DNA from: Gemmatimonadota bacterium
Lineage (GTDB): Bacteria; Gemmatimonadota; Gemmatimonadetes; Gemmatimonadales; Gemmatimonadaceae
Length of the DNA: 54,877 nt
Direction of reading: 5' to 3'
Assembly (NCBI GenBank): GCA_031372565.1
Contig: JANMLN010000198.1
Span: 1 to 54,877, forward strand
Both the position numbers and the translations under genes were made by a program. This document shows positions 45,617 to 54,756 of this stretch, one piece after another; the first letter of the stretch is position 1; each line of letters begins with the position of its first letter. Below the pieces are notes generated by a model, which saw only the letters and a program-made list of their open reading frames with translations, was not told the DNA's origin and ran no database searches.

Positions 45617-47420
45617 GCCGACCGCGCGCCGTGAGGCCGCCCGCCCGGTACTCGGAGGTCGCCGCGAATGGCGACGCCACATTGGCGATCCACAGCACAG
45701 CCGACCACTCGGTCCCCGGAATCGGCCGGTACAGCACGCCCAACTGCGCGCGCTGCGCCCCCTTGTTGGTGGAGGGATTCGACCCGATGCGAATCGTCTG
45801 CGTCCCCACGCCGACGTCCGCCAACACGTTCCAGCCGATGTCCTTGGGCAACTCGAAGTGCGCGGCCGCCTCGACCAGCGTGAAGCGCTGGGGCGCGAAA
45901 TAGCCGTCACCGCCCGCGGTCGTATCGTATCCGAAGGTGCGCGCCACCACACCGAGCCACGAGCCACGCGTCACCGCGTAGCGCAGCGCGCCGCTCATGG
46001 CCAGGCGCGCATTCGGCGTGGCGCCATTGCCGATCCTGGCCCAGCTCGCGCCACCGCCAACGGTGAACCGCCCGGGCAGCGTGATGCTGATGTCGCCATC
46101 GAGGCCGTCGGACCGGATCCGCCGGACAATCAGCACCGCGGTCTCGTCGAACGGCCCCCCCGACGCGCTGATGCCCGCGACCACGCGCGGCGCGACGGGT
46201 CCCGACGCGCGCACGGAGTAGGAGAGCAGCGTACCGACACTCCGGCTCGCTGGGACGCTACCGGGAGGACCCCCGATCGGCAGCAGCCCGACCGTGGGAT
46301 CGTCCCCGCTGAGCAGCGTGACGCCTCCCTCGCCGCGCAGCGTCCACGCGGTACCCGCCGGCGTCCACGAGGATGACAGTCGCACTGCGGTACTCGTTCC
46401 CCGGAACGCGCTGAACTCCGCCGTCCGGAACTGCGCGCTGAGCGTTGCGCGCCCCTGCCACGGGGGCGCCAGCGATCCGCTCACCGTCGTCGTGAGCATC
46501 CGGTTCTGGTCCGAGTCGTTGCCGTACGCGACGCTGACGTCGCCCGCAGGGGCAAGTTCCGCCCGGACCCACGCGCGTTGCGAGATCGCATCCGGGTACC
46601 CGGGGCGCACCACCAACGCCTGCGCGAGCGCGCGATCCGCGTCGCGGGCACGGCCCTGCCACCGTTCCACCTGTGCAAGCCCCGTCCAGCCTTCCGGATC
46701 GGTCGGGAAACGTACCGTCACATCGGCCCACTGCGCGCGGGCCGCGTCGAGGTCCCCGCGCCACGCCGTGACCCGCGCGATCCCCTTGGCGGCCTCGGCC
46801 GGCGCACGCGATGCCAGCAACCCGTACTCCGCCGCCGCATCGTCGAAACGCCCGTCCCACGACAAGGTGCGCGCGAGCCCGGCGCGCGCGTCATCATCCT
46901 CCGGCGAACGCACCAGCCAGTCGCGATAGCGCGCGGCTGCCGCGCTCAGGTCGCCCGCCCAAGCCAGTACCTGCGCGCGGAAGAGCGCGATTTCGCGCTC
47001 GAGGGGCATCGCCTGCGAGAGCGAATCGAGCACCCCGAGCGCCGGCGCATAGCGCGAGGCCCACGCGAGCGTGCGGGCACGCGCGAGCGGTCCGCCGTAA
47101 TCGCCCGGCTCCATCCGCTCATAGCGAGCAAACAGCGCCAGCGCACTGTCGGTGCGACTCGCCCACGCCAGCGTCGTCGCGACGCGAAAGACGGCGCGCG
47201 ACGAGGCGAGGGAATCCTGCATCAGCGCGGCGCGATACAGCACCGCCGCACTGTCCGGGCGGCCGGCCCCCCACAACGAGTCGGCGCGCACCAGAAGCGG
47301 CGTGACGGCCTGTCCACCAGCCGGCCTCGCCGCCAGCGCCAGCAGCACGCCCGCAGCCACGCGCACGCACGCGCCCCCGAGGGCCCGTCCGCGCGCGATG
47401 TCCTGCGGGCGCGCGTCCAC
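45606..47420 (-). CDS. TPR-repeat protein with probable C-terminal outer-membrane beta-barrel (PgaA/YaiO/BcsC-like exporter)
   Basis: Signal peptide; repeated LAR.L.W.G TPR units; alternating beta-strand C-terminal half with YFAPQRF; terminal Phe (GRLVF). Start uncertain. Confidence 0.72.
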   Translation of the reverse strand: MDARPQDIARGRALGGACVRVAAGVLLALAARPAGGQAVTPLLVRADSLWGAGRPDSAAVLYRAALMQDSLASSRAVFRVATTLAWASRTDSALALFARYERMEPGDYGGPLARARTLAWASRYAPALGVLDSLSQAMPLEREIALFRAQVLAWAGDLSAAAARYRDWLVRSPEDDDARAGLARTLSWDGRFDDAAAEYGLLASRAPAEAAKGIARVTAWRGDLDAARAQWADVTVRFPTDPEGWTGLAQVERWQGRARDADRALAQALVVRPGYPDAISQRAWVRAELAPAGDVSVAYGNDSDQNRMLTTTVSGSLAPPWQGRATLSAQFRTAEFSAFRGTSTAVRLSSSWTPAGTAWTLRGEGGVTLLSGDDPTVGLLPIGGPPGSVPASRSVGTLLSYSVRASGPVAPRVVAGISASGGPFDETAVLIVRRIRSDGLDGDISITLPGRFTVGGGASWARIGNGATPNARLAMSGALRYAVTRGSWLGVVARTFGYDTTAGGDGYFAPQRFTLVEAAAHFELPKDIGWNVLADVGVGTQTIRIGSNPSTNKGAQRAQLGVLYRPIPGTEWSAVLWIANVASPFAATSEYRAGGLTARGRLVF

Positions 47421-47422
47421 GG

Positions 47423-47986
47423 CTACTTCGCCGACCAGTCCACCGAGAGCATCACCGTGCCCCACGCGATGGTCATGACCCCCTTGGCCGCACCCTCGCC
47501 GGGCACCAGCGCGATCTGCAGGCTCTCGACCGCATCGGTCAGCGTCCGCGCCTTCAGATCCACCTTGACCAGGTCGGCCGAGGCGTCGTACTCGGTGCCC
47601 CACTCACCGGTCTTCTTGTTCACGATGAGCTTCCAGCCCGACTTCGAGGGCATGGTGAAGAGCGTGTACTTCCCCTTCGGGATCGTGGCGCCGCCCAGCA
47701 CGAGATCGACGTCGGTCGAGAACTCCGTGGCGGCGTTGGCCCCGAGACGCCAGACCTCCTCCAGCTTCACCACGTCGTGCATCACCTTGCGGCCGCGCGC
47801 GTGCGGCTGGCCATAATCGACACGGATCTTGAGCGGCGCAGGCGCGGGCTGCCCTTGCACGCGCGGCAGCGCGAGGGCGACTTCCGCCGTCGCGCGGGTG
47901 CTGGGGTTCGCGCGCAGCTGGGCTTCGAGCGGCAGGACAACGAGGGCGCTCAAGGCGAGCGCGGCGGAGAGGCGGAGTCGGGTCAT
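47423..47986 (-). CDS. DUF2911 domain secreted protein
   Basis: Signal peptide, VDYGQP..RGR, VWRLGANAAT, GKYTLFT.P and WGTEYD. Confidence 0.85.
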   Translation of the reverse strand: MTRLRLSAALALSALVVLPLEAQLRANPSTRATAEVALALPRVQGQPAPAPLKIRVDYGQPHARGRKVMHDVVKLEEVWRLGANAATEFSTDVDLVLGGATIPKGKYTLFTMPSKSGWKLIVNKKTGEWGTEYDASADLVKVDLKARTLTDAVESLQIALVPGEGAAKGVMTIAWGTVMLSVDWSAK

Positions 47987-48065
47987 GGTGGGTTCGGTGG
48001 TGGAAGTATCGGCCGCAGCGGGGGCCAGCCGTCCTGCTGATGAGACGAGCGAACGCGGGCGCGCG

Positions 48066-48629
48066 TCAGCCCGCGATGTGATCGGCATGGCGCGCCTTGG
48101 CGTGGTGCGGGAGCTTCTTCTCGGGCTTCCGTGGCGCGAGGATGGTGCCTCGACAGCTGGTCGCGCCGCATCGGCAGGCATAGCGGCGCTCGTCCTCCTC
48201 GGTCTCGGTGCCATCGCGTTCGTACCCGTAGTCGTACGCGAGTTCCTCTCCCTTGGTGATGTCGCGACGCGCCTCGACGAAGATCCGGCGTCCCTCGATC
48301 ACGGCTTCGCAGTTCGGATCGCAGGCGTGATTGATGTAGCGGGCGTCGTTGCCACCCACGGCACCGTCGACGACCGTGCGGGACGTGAGCGTGAAGAGGA
48401 ACGTGTGATGGCGCCGCATCGCCACGTCGTCATAGCGCCGATCGGCCTCCGCGTGGGAGATGTGCTCGCCCGTGTACTCCATGATGCGCGTCCCCTTCGG
48501 GATCGCCTGGCGCGCAAAGACGCCGCGCCCCTGGATGGCCGAGCGACGAACGACGTGCAGCAGAGCGGGTGCGGCGGTGGTCGCGCGCGCGGCTGCGGCG
48601 CTCGACGTGCGGGGACGAGTGGGTGCCAT
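48066..48629 (-). CDS. SET-domain protein-lysine methyltransferase with post-SET domain
   Basis: S.IQGRGVFA, ARYINHACDPNC, GEELAYDY and CRCGATSCRG. Confidence 0.92.
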   Translation of the reverse strand: MAPTRPRTSSAAAARATTAAPALLHVVRRSAIQGRGVFARQAIPKGTRIMEYTGEHISHAEADRRYDDVAMRRHHTFLFTLTSRTVVDGAVGGNDARYINHACDPNCEAVIEGRRIFVEARRDITKGEELAYDYGYERDGTETEEDERRYACRCGATSCRGTILAPRKPEKKLPHHAKARHADHIAG

Positions 48630-48640
48630 GGCGGGGAAAA

Positions 48641-51600
48641 CTAAGCGGAGGATGCCGAACCTTCGGGTGCCCGAAGCAGGCGTGCCGCGAGCGTGACCAT
48701 CAGCGCCGCCATGACCACGCCGCCGACCGCCGACCATCGGTCGCCCGGATGGGCCGCCAGCGCGAGCCGGTCCGCCGCGTTGAGCCCCGCCGCGACCGCC
48801 GCGCCAATCACCCAGGCCCCAACGCCGTCACGCCCCCAACGCGCGATCGCGACCCACCACACGACGCTCGCGACCAGGACGGCGCCCGACACCACCGGCG
48901 CCCGCCACGGCTCCTCCCCGCCCCACGCGGTGAGCAACAGCCAGGTGCCGCCCGTCGCGACAGCAAGGGCGGCCGTGCGAACCCACGCGCGGCGCGCGAG
49001 GCTCGCGACCAGCAGCGCGGGGAGCGCCACCGCCAAGGGCATGACCATCACCGCGCGCCACACGTCGAGTGCCCCCGAGCCAGACGGCCAGAGCGCCCCG
49101 AGCGCGGTCTCGGGCCCGGTCGGCATTCCCCGCAGGGCGCCCGCCCAGGCCGCCAGCCGCGCGGTCACGAATGCCAACGCCCCGAGTGCGGCTCCCGATC
49201 GCCAACTCTCGCGTGACGCCACAACGGCCGGCACGCCGACGCGCCGCCGGAGCGCGTCGGTCATCAGCCAGAGCGAGGCCGGGAGCACCACGGTGACGAG
49301 TTGCTCGACGAGCCCTAGGGTCACCGTCAACACGTGTGAGCGCCACGGCGTCGCCGAGTCCCAGCTCGCCAGCGCGCGCGGCAGCGCGTTCACCCCCGAA
49401 GCGGCCATCAGCAGCAGCGCCGCGATCCCGACCACGATCAGCGCTCGACGACTGAGCGGACGATCCTGCAGTCGCGGCGGCCGCCGACCCGCGACGATCG
49501 CGATCACGATGCCGGCGAGCAGTCCGAGCAGGATCGCGACCATGCCGATCGTCCCGCGACGCTCCATCCGGGCCGTGTCGGCACGCGACCACTGCTCGAG
49601 CAGTCGCACCGAGCGCCAGAGCGCCACCGCGTCGTTGCCGGCGACGCGTACCCGCACACGTGCCGACGCACCACCCGGAATCGCCACCGCACGATCATCG
49701 AACACGAACACGAGGTCGCGGCGGTGCGGTCGCTGCACCTCCTCGACGCACTGCTCGCGCAGCGACACCGTGTCGATGCCGCTCGCCGCCGCCGCACGGC
49801 GCGCGATCAGGCGTGCCTCGTCGCGCGCAAGGTCGGGCCGCGCCGCGTCCTCCGGCAGCACGTGCTGCCAGTCGTGCGGCGTTCCGTCTGCAAGCAGCTG
49901 CATCCGCCACCCCTCGGCCTTCTCGCCCGCCGTGCCCTCGCGGCGGTCGAAGCGCACACGCCAGGCCGAGAGCGGCCGATAACTCCGGGCGAGTGCCTCC
50001 ACGAGGTCCGGACGTTCGATGTGCGCAAGGTAGCGGGCACTCTCGGCGTCATCGACGGCCACCGCCTCGGCCATCGGCGTGAGTCCATCGAGCAGCGCGC
50101 CGCGCGCACGCAGCGCGGAATCGGCGATCGCGATGGCACGCGCGCGATCGATGCTGAAGCGCGGCTCCGCCAGGCGCACACCGCGCGGCACCAGCAGCAT
50201 GGCCACCGCCACCGCCATCAGCCACGGCCGCTCATCCCACCTGCGGCGTACCGGCGCGATGCGATCCACGACCGGTGGCATCGCCGGCACGGGCGCCTGC
50301 CCGTCGGCTGTCGGCGCTTCCAGTCCGCCGTCGGACTCAACGTCCAACGGCGGCTGCCACGCGCCGAAGGTGAGCGCGTCCCATGCCGGTGCGGCGCCGC
50401 GTGGCCGCCAGCGCGCCCAGAGCACGATCAACGCCGGTGTGCACATGACCAGCGCCACCACCGCGAGCGACACACGATACGCCGGTGCATCGCCCTGCAT
50501 GGCGAACAGCCCGAACAGGAAGAGATCGAAGGTGAAGTGGCCGATGACTGTCGGCACGAGACCGACGCGCAGGAAGATGAGCGCCCACAGCACCGCCTCG
50601 GCGAACAGCTCGACGCCGCGCGAGTACGCAGGCCACGAGGCATAGCTGGCGTGCGCGAAACCGAACACGATCGCCGTCACCACGACCGTCACCGCCATCG
50701 CGGCGCGATGCCACGAACGACCACGCGTCAGCAGCGCGACCGCGGACAGCGGCACGGCGCGGAACAACACCTCCTCGAGGACCCCGGCCTGCGCGGCGTT
50801 CGCGATGGCCGAGAGAAACGGAAGCGGCGACGCAATCGCGTTCGGATCGTCGAGCAGCGCACTCGGCACCCACCAGCCGAGCAGGTGCCGCGCGGCATAG
50901 TAGAAGGTGGCGACATATCCGAGGCCCACCGCACACACCGCGTATCCCGCGAAGACCTGGCGCGCCACTCGCGGATGCGCGCGGGCGCGCCACACCGACC
51001 ACCAGTCGAGGTGCGCAGGAAAGGCCGCGCGGGTCAGCGTCTCGCCGCCGCCCAGCACCACCACGAGGAACGCGCCGAACAGGAGCGGCACGAGCAGGGC
51101 GGCCAGCGCCCGCTGCACGAGAAACGCGCCGGGTGGCGAAGCGGTGGCATAGTCGTACCAACTGCCCGGGATATCGTTGGCCATCGACGCCGCCTGCAGC
51201 CCCGCGAGCACCGCCGCCGCGGCAATGGCGGCGCGCCACCGCACGCGCCCGTCACGCTGCGCGCGATACAGGGCCAGGAGCGCGATCAGGCCGTATACGG
51301 GAAAGCCAAATGCTGCGACTTGTGCCAGCAGCTCGTTGCTCGAGCGCATCTCCGCGTACCGACGCACGAACGTTTCCGGAATGACCACGTATTCGCGCGC
51401 GCCCGACGGTACGTCGCCGGACAGGTCGACGTCCAGTCGGATCGGCGCGCCGGCGATGCGGCGATCAGCACGCTCGTACGTGAAGTGCCAGTCGACGCGG
51501 GCGCTGGCCGGCACCACTTCACGCGATGCGCTCACGAGCGGCCACGGTACATCGCCGTGGCTCATCCACCCTGTCACCACGTCACGCGCGCGCGACTCGG

Positions 51601-52069
51601 CGGCGGCAGAGTCGAGCGCCGGCCGGCGATCGGTCTCGGAGAGTTCCCGCGAGAAGCCGGTGACCCGCCCATCGGGGGCGAAACGGACACGCGTCTCGTG
51701 GACGTCACCCGGCGTGAACGCGCGCACCGTCCAGCGGAATAGCGCGACATCGCGGCCAGCCGCGACGGAATCGAGCGTCGCCTTCCCGGCGCCTGTGCTC
51801 AGCTCGAGAAACAGTTGCAGCGACCCTTCTTCCGCGAAGCGCACCGCGGTGCGCGCCTCAGGGAACGGCAGGTCGTGTTGCCGCGCGAAGTCACGGGCCT
51901 TGGTGAGCGCGGAAGCGGCCGTCAGCGTCTGCTTGAAGCGCACCTGCGGGACGGCCTGCTCGAAGAGCAGGAAGGCGGCGAGCGCACCGAGCAGCCCCGC
52001 CGCCGCCACGCCGAGTGTTGCAGCCCCGCCACGCCATCTGATTTGTGATGTATCGCCGCGGTCTGCCAT
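48641..52069 (-). CDS. large CPBP (CAAX/Abi) family intramembrane protease with duplicated extracytoplasmic domains
   Basis: EEVLFR, FGFAH and GHFTFD motifs; many TM helices; two similar soluble domains of about 200 aa. Confidence 0.8.
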   Translation of the reverse strand: MADRGDTSQIRWRGGAATLGVAAAGLLGALAAFLLFEQAVPQVRFKQTLTAASALTKARDFARQHDLPFPEARTAVRFAEEGSLQLFLELSTGAGKATLDSVAAGRDVALFRWTVRAFTPGDVHETRVRFAPDGRVTGFSRELSETDRRPALDSAAAESRARDVVTGWMSHGDVPWPLVSASREVVPASARVDWHFTYERADRRIAGAPIRLDVDLSGDVPSGAREYVVIPETFVRRYAEMRSSNELLAQVAAFGFPVYGLIALLALYRAQRDGRVRWRAAIAAAAVLAGLQAASMANDIPGSWYDYATASPPGAFLVQRALAALLVPLLFGAFLVVVLGGGETLTRAAFPAHLDWWSVWRARAHPRVARQVFAGYAVCAVGLGYVATFYYAARHLLGWWVPSALLDDPNAIASPLPFLSAIANAAQAGVLEEVLFRAVPLSAVALLTRGRSWHRAAMAVTVVVTAIVFGFAHASYASWPAYSRGVELFAEAVLWALIFLRVGLVPTVIGHFTFDLFLFGLFAMQGDAPAYRVSLAVVALVMCTPALIVLWARWRPRGAAPAWDALTFGAWQPPLDVESDGGLEAPTADGQAPVPAMPPVVDRIAPVRRRWDERPWLMAVAVAMLLVPRGVRLAEPRFSIDRARAIAIADSALRARGALLDGLTPMAEAVAVDDAESARYLAHIERPDLVEALARSYRPLSAWRVRFDRREGTAGEKAEGWRMQLLADGTPHDWQHVLPEDAARPDLARDEARLIARRAAAASGIDTVSLREQCVEEVQRPHRRDLVFVFDDRAVAIPGGASARVRVRVAGNDAVALWRSVRLLEQWSRADTARMERRGTIGMVAILLGLLAGIVIAIVAGRRPPRLQDRPLSRRALIVVGIAALLLMAASGVNALPRALASWDSATPWRSHVLTVTLGLVEQLVTVVLPASLWLMTDALRRRVGVPAVVASRESWRSGAALGALAFVTARLAAWAGALRGMPTGPETALGALWPSGSGALDVWRAVMVMPLAVALPALLVASLARRAWVRTAALAVATGGTWLLLTAWGGEEPWRAPVVSGAVLVASVVWWVAIARWGRDGVGAWVIGAAVAAGLNAADRLALAAHPGDRWSAVGGVVMAALMVTLAARLLRAPEGSASSA

Positions 52070-52123
52070 CGAAGCAAGTTAATGGTGCACAATCGGTTAC
52101 GAGAGCGATCGCGTGTCGCGCGT

Positions 52124-52139
52124 CGGCCTGTTTCTTGCT
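52124..52139 (+). promoter_or_regulatory. possible sigma54 promoter upstream of the second PEP-CTERM gene
   Basis: CGGCCTGTTTCTTGCT, GG-N10-GC with TTGCT. A competing sigma70 -10 (TAACTT, 52143-52148) also exists. Confidence 0.4.
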
Positions 52140-52154
52140 CACTAACTTGTCACC

Positions 52155-52853
52155 GTGCTTCGACTCTCCCGCTGGTTCCTCCCACTGGTCATGGCGCTCG
52201 CTGCGGCGCTGCCGTCGCGCGCGCTGCGCGCGCAGAGCTCGCTCGTCGTCGGGCCGACGGTGCTCGACTTCGAAGCGTTCAACAGCACCAGTTCGCAGGG
52301 GTGCGGCGGCAACACGATCACGCGCTACGGCGGACTCGACTGGAGCAGCATCGGGTGGGTGAGCGCGCTCGAGTGCGGGCAGGCGGAACCGCCGTCCGGT
52401 CCGTTGAATGGCTTCCGCTTTGGGACGCGCTCCGGCACGCGCGCAGGCTACCTGCAGTTGGCCACCGGCGCCGATCCGTTCTCGCCGCTGTCGGGGACGA
52501 TCAGCACGCCGAGCGGGCGCTTCAATCTGCTGGACGGCTGGCTCACGGCCGCGTGGTCGCGGAGCCTGCGCGTGGTGATCACGGGCTACCGCGGGCCGAC
52601 GATGATCAGCTCGCAGTCACTCACCCTCGACTACGACGCGCCGCTCTTTGTCACCTTCGGCCTTGTTGACATCACGTCGGTGCGCTTCGACACCGACGGT
52701 GGCACGCCAGACTGGAACCTGGGCGGGATCGGCAATCAGCTCGTGTTCGACGACCTGCGCGTCCAGGACGCCTCAGTCATCCCGGAGCCCGCGACGCTGC
52801 TGCTCGTCGCGCCGGGGCTCGCGCTTGTCGGTCTGCTTCGCCGTCGCCGCTGA
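52155..52853 (+). CDS. PEP-CTERM sorting domain surface protein
   Basis: Signal peptide (LRA-Q); C-terminal IPEPATLLLVAPGLALVGLLRRRR. Confidence 0.9.
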   Translation: MLRLSRWFLPLVMALAAALPSRALRAQSSLVVGPTVLDFEAFNSTSSQGCGGNTITRYGGLDWSSIGWVSALECGQAEPPSGPLNGFRFGTRSGTRAGYLQLATGADPFSPLSGTISTPSGRFNLLDGWLTAAWSRSLRVVITGYRGPTMISSQSLTLDYDAPLFVTFGLVDITSVRFDTDGGTPDWNLGGIGNQLVFDDLRVQDASVIPEPATLLLVAPGLALVGLLRRRR

Positions 52854-52864
52854 ACGCTGGCGGC

Positions 52865-53338
52865 CTACCGCTCCGCGTACACCTTCGCGCTGCCGTCACG
52901 GGCGAGCAGCATCACGGAGTACCGCTCGCTCGGTCCCTGCTCCATCCCCGGCGATCCGACGGGCATGCCGGGAACCGCGAGGCCGAGCGCGACCGGTTGC
53001 TCCTTGAGCAACTTCTTCACGAGATCCGCCGGCACGTGGCCTTCGACGATATAGCGCCCGACGACCCCGGTGTGGCACGACGCGTACTTCGGCAGCACTC
53101 CCATCTGTGCCTTGACGGCATCCACGTCCTCGGTGTCGATCGCGGTCACCGCGAAGCCGGCCGCCGTCATGTGCCGCACCCAGTTGGTGCAGCATCCACA
53201 CGTGCGGCTCTTGTACACCGTGATGGCAGGCCCGCCGGCCGCGCGCGCCGTGCCCGGCAGCAGCGTGGCCGCTGCCAGCAGCCCGAGCCGTGAGAGCAGA
53301 TCACGACGCGAGAGCACCTCGCTCGACCTGATCACCAT
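52865..53338 (-). CDS. DUF411 (CopG-like) periplasmic metal-binding protein with Tat signal
   Basis: SRRDLL Tat motif; VYKSRTCGCC..W, SCHT, VEGHVP and GLAVPGMPVGSPGME. Confidence 0.88.
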   Translation of the reverse strand: MVIRSSEVLSRRDLLSRLGLLAAATLLPGTARAAGGPAITVYKSRTCGCCTNWVRHMTAAGFAVTAIDTEDVDAVKAQMGVLPKYASCHTGVVGRYIVEGHVPADLVKKLLKEQPVALGLAVPGMPVGSPGMEQGPSERYSVMLLARDGSAKVYAER

Positions 53339-53862
53339 CCGCTCCGCGTGCGCAGCGACGTGATGTGCGCCGTGTGGTGGCGCGCGTGCCATGCATACAT
53401 GCCGAGCAGGTCGTCGAGCGTCATCGGTCCGTTCTCCGGGTGTTGAAGCGTCCGCGCGAATTGCGCGGGTGTCATGAGCCGCCAGAGCGTCACGAAGCGC
53501 GCGTGCACTCCGTCGATGATCTGCAACGAGGCTTCGATCGGTGCGAGCGCCTGATCCGCAAAATCCGACCAGGCCACTTCGTCGTAGGGCTTGATCGTCG
53601 GGTTGTCTTCCGTCAGCGCGAACTTGAGCCGGCAGTAGGCGTGCATGTGGCTCTCGGCGACATGATGCACCACCTGACGCACCGTCCACCCGCCCTCGCG
53701 ATACGGCGTGTCGAACTGGCTTGCGGTGAAGCCCGCAATCGCGGCGCGGAACTGGGCCGGCGCGGCGGCGAGCACCTCGATGGCGGCGGTACGCGCTGCT
53801 GCCGAGAGCGTGCCGGACTTGCTGAAGCGGCCTACGGGGTAGCGCAACGATTCGTCGGTCAT
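53332..53862 (-). CDS. bstA: YfiT/BstA-family bacillithiol S-transferase (DinB superfamily)
   Basis: LRYPVGRF, DTPYREGGWTVRQVVHHVAESH, LKFALTEDNPTIKPYDE and YAWHARHHTAHI. Confidence 0.85.
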   Translation of the reverse strand: MTDESLRYPVGRFSKSGTLSAAARTAAIEVLAAAPAQFRAAIAGFTASQFDTPYREGGWTVRQVVHHVAESHMHAYCRLKFALTEDNPTIKPYDEVAWSDFADQALAPIEASLQIIDGVHARFVTLWRLMTPAQFARTLQHPENGPMTLDDLLGMYAWHARHHTAHITSLRTRSGW

Positions 53863-54740
53863 GAGCTCACAGAAGTCAGGGTCGAGGCCGGCTGCGCCGT
53901 CGCCAGCAGGGCGTCGGCGAACCGCGCCGCAGCCTCGGTGTGGAGCGTGAGAAAGAGCTCCGGTTCGATCAGTTCCAGCTCCATCAGCACGGGCCCGCGG
54001 GCCGTTTCGATCAGGTCGACGCGCGCATACACCGCCGCATGAGGCGCAGCCGCGAGCGATGCATCGGCCAGCGCACGCGCCTCGCTCGAGGCGTGGGCAC
54101 TGGCGTACGTACCGCCGAACTCGCGCTGCACGCGAAAGTCCCCGGCGCGGGGCGTCTTGCGGGCGGCATGCGAGAACGACCCCCCGATGTACACCAGCGA
54201 CAGCTCGCCGTTCGCCACCTCGGGCACGAACGTCTGCACCATCGCGCCGCTCGCGGTCACCACATCCCACTCGTCCTCACGGAGCGATGCACCGATGCCC
54301 AGCCGGTGGGTCCCGTGCGCCGTGGCCGAGATGCGCGGCTTGACGACGACATCGTCCCAGCCGAACGCATGGCGCACCGCGGCGAGATCGGGCCGCTCGC
54401 CGGGTTCGAACCAGACGGTGGACGGCTGCGTGACCCCCGCCGCGTGCAGGTCGCGCAGATACCCCTTGTCCATGTTCCAGCGGACGAGGGCCGGATGGTT
54501 GACGATCAACGCTCCCGCGTGCTCGCACCCGTCCATCCACGCCGCGAACTCCACGTTGCGCAGGTGATAGTCCCACGTCGAGCGGAGGCACAGGAGCTGA
54601 CCGGCCGCCTGCGCAGGTGCGACGGAATCCCAGGCGGCGTGCAGCACCCGCACACCACGCGCGTGCAGCGCCGCGGCGAGCAGCGCATCAGACGCCGTGG
54701 GCGCGTCGAGCTTCGCACAGGAGACGAGGACGCACTCCAT
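53859..54740 (-). CDS. ATP-grasp ligase (glutathione synthetase/RimK-like)
   Basis: RSTWDY, WNMDKGYL, VVKPRISA, GELSL, DFRVQ..GG, YARVD and LMELELIEP. Confidence 0.82.
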   Translation of the reverse strand: MECVLVSCAKLDAPTASDALLAAALHARGVRVLHAAWDSVAPAQAAGQLLCLRSTWDYHLRNVEFAAWMDGCEHAGALIVNHPALVRWNMDKGYLRDLHAAGVTQPSTVWFEPGERPDLAAVRHAFGWDDVVVKPRISATAHGTHRLGIGASLREDEWDVVTASGAMVQTFVPEVANGELSLVYIGGSFSHAARKTPRAGDFRVQREFGGTYASAHASSEARALADASLAAAPHAAVYARVDLIETARGPVLMELELIEPELFLTLHTEAAARFADALLATAQPASTLTSVSS

Positions 54741-54756
54741 GACATGTAACGTAGCC

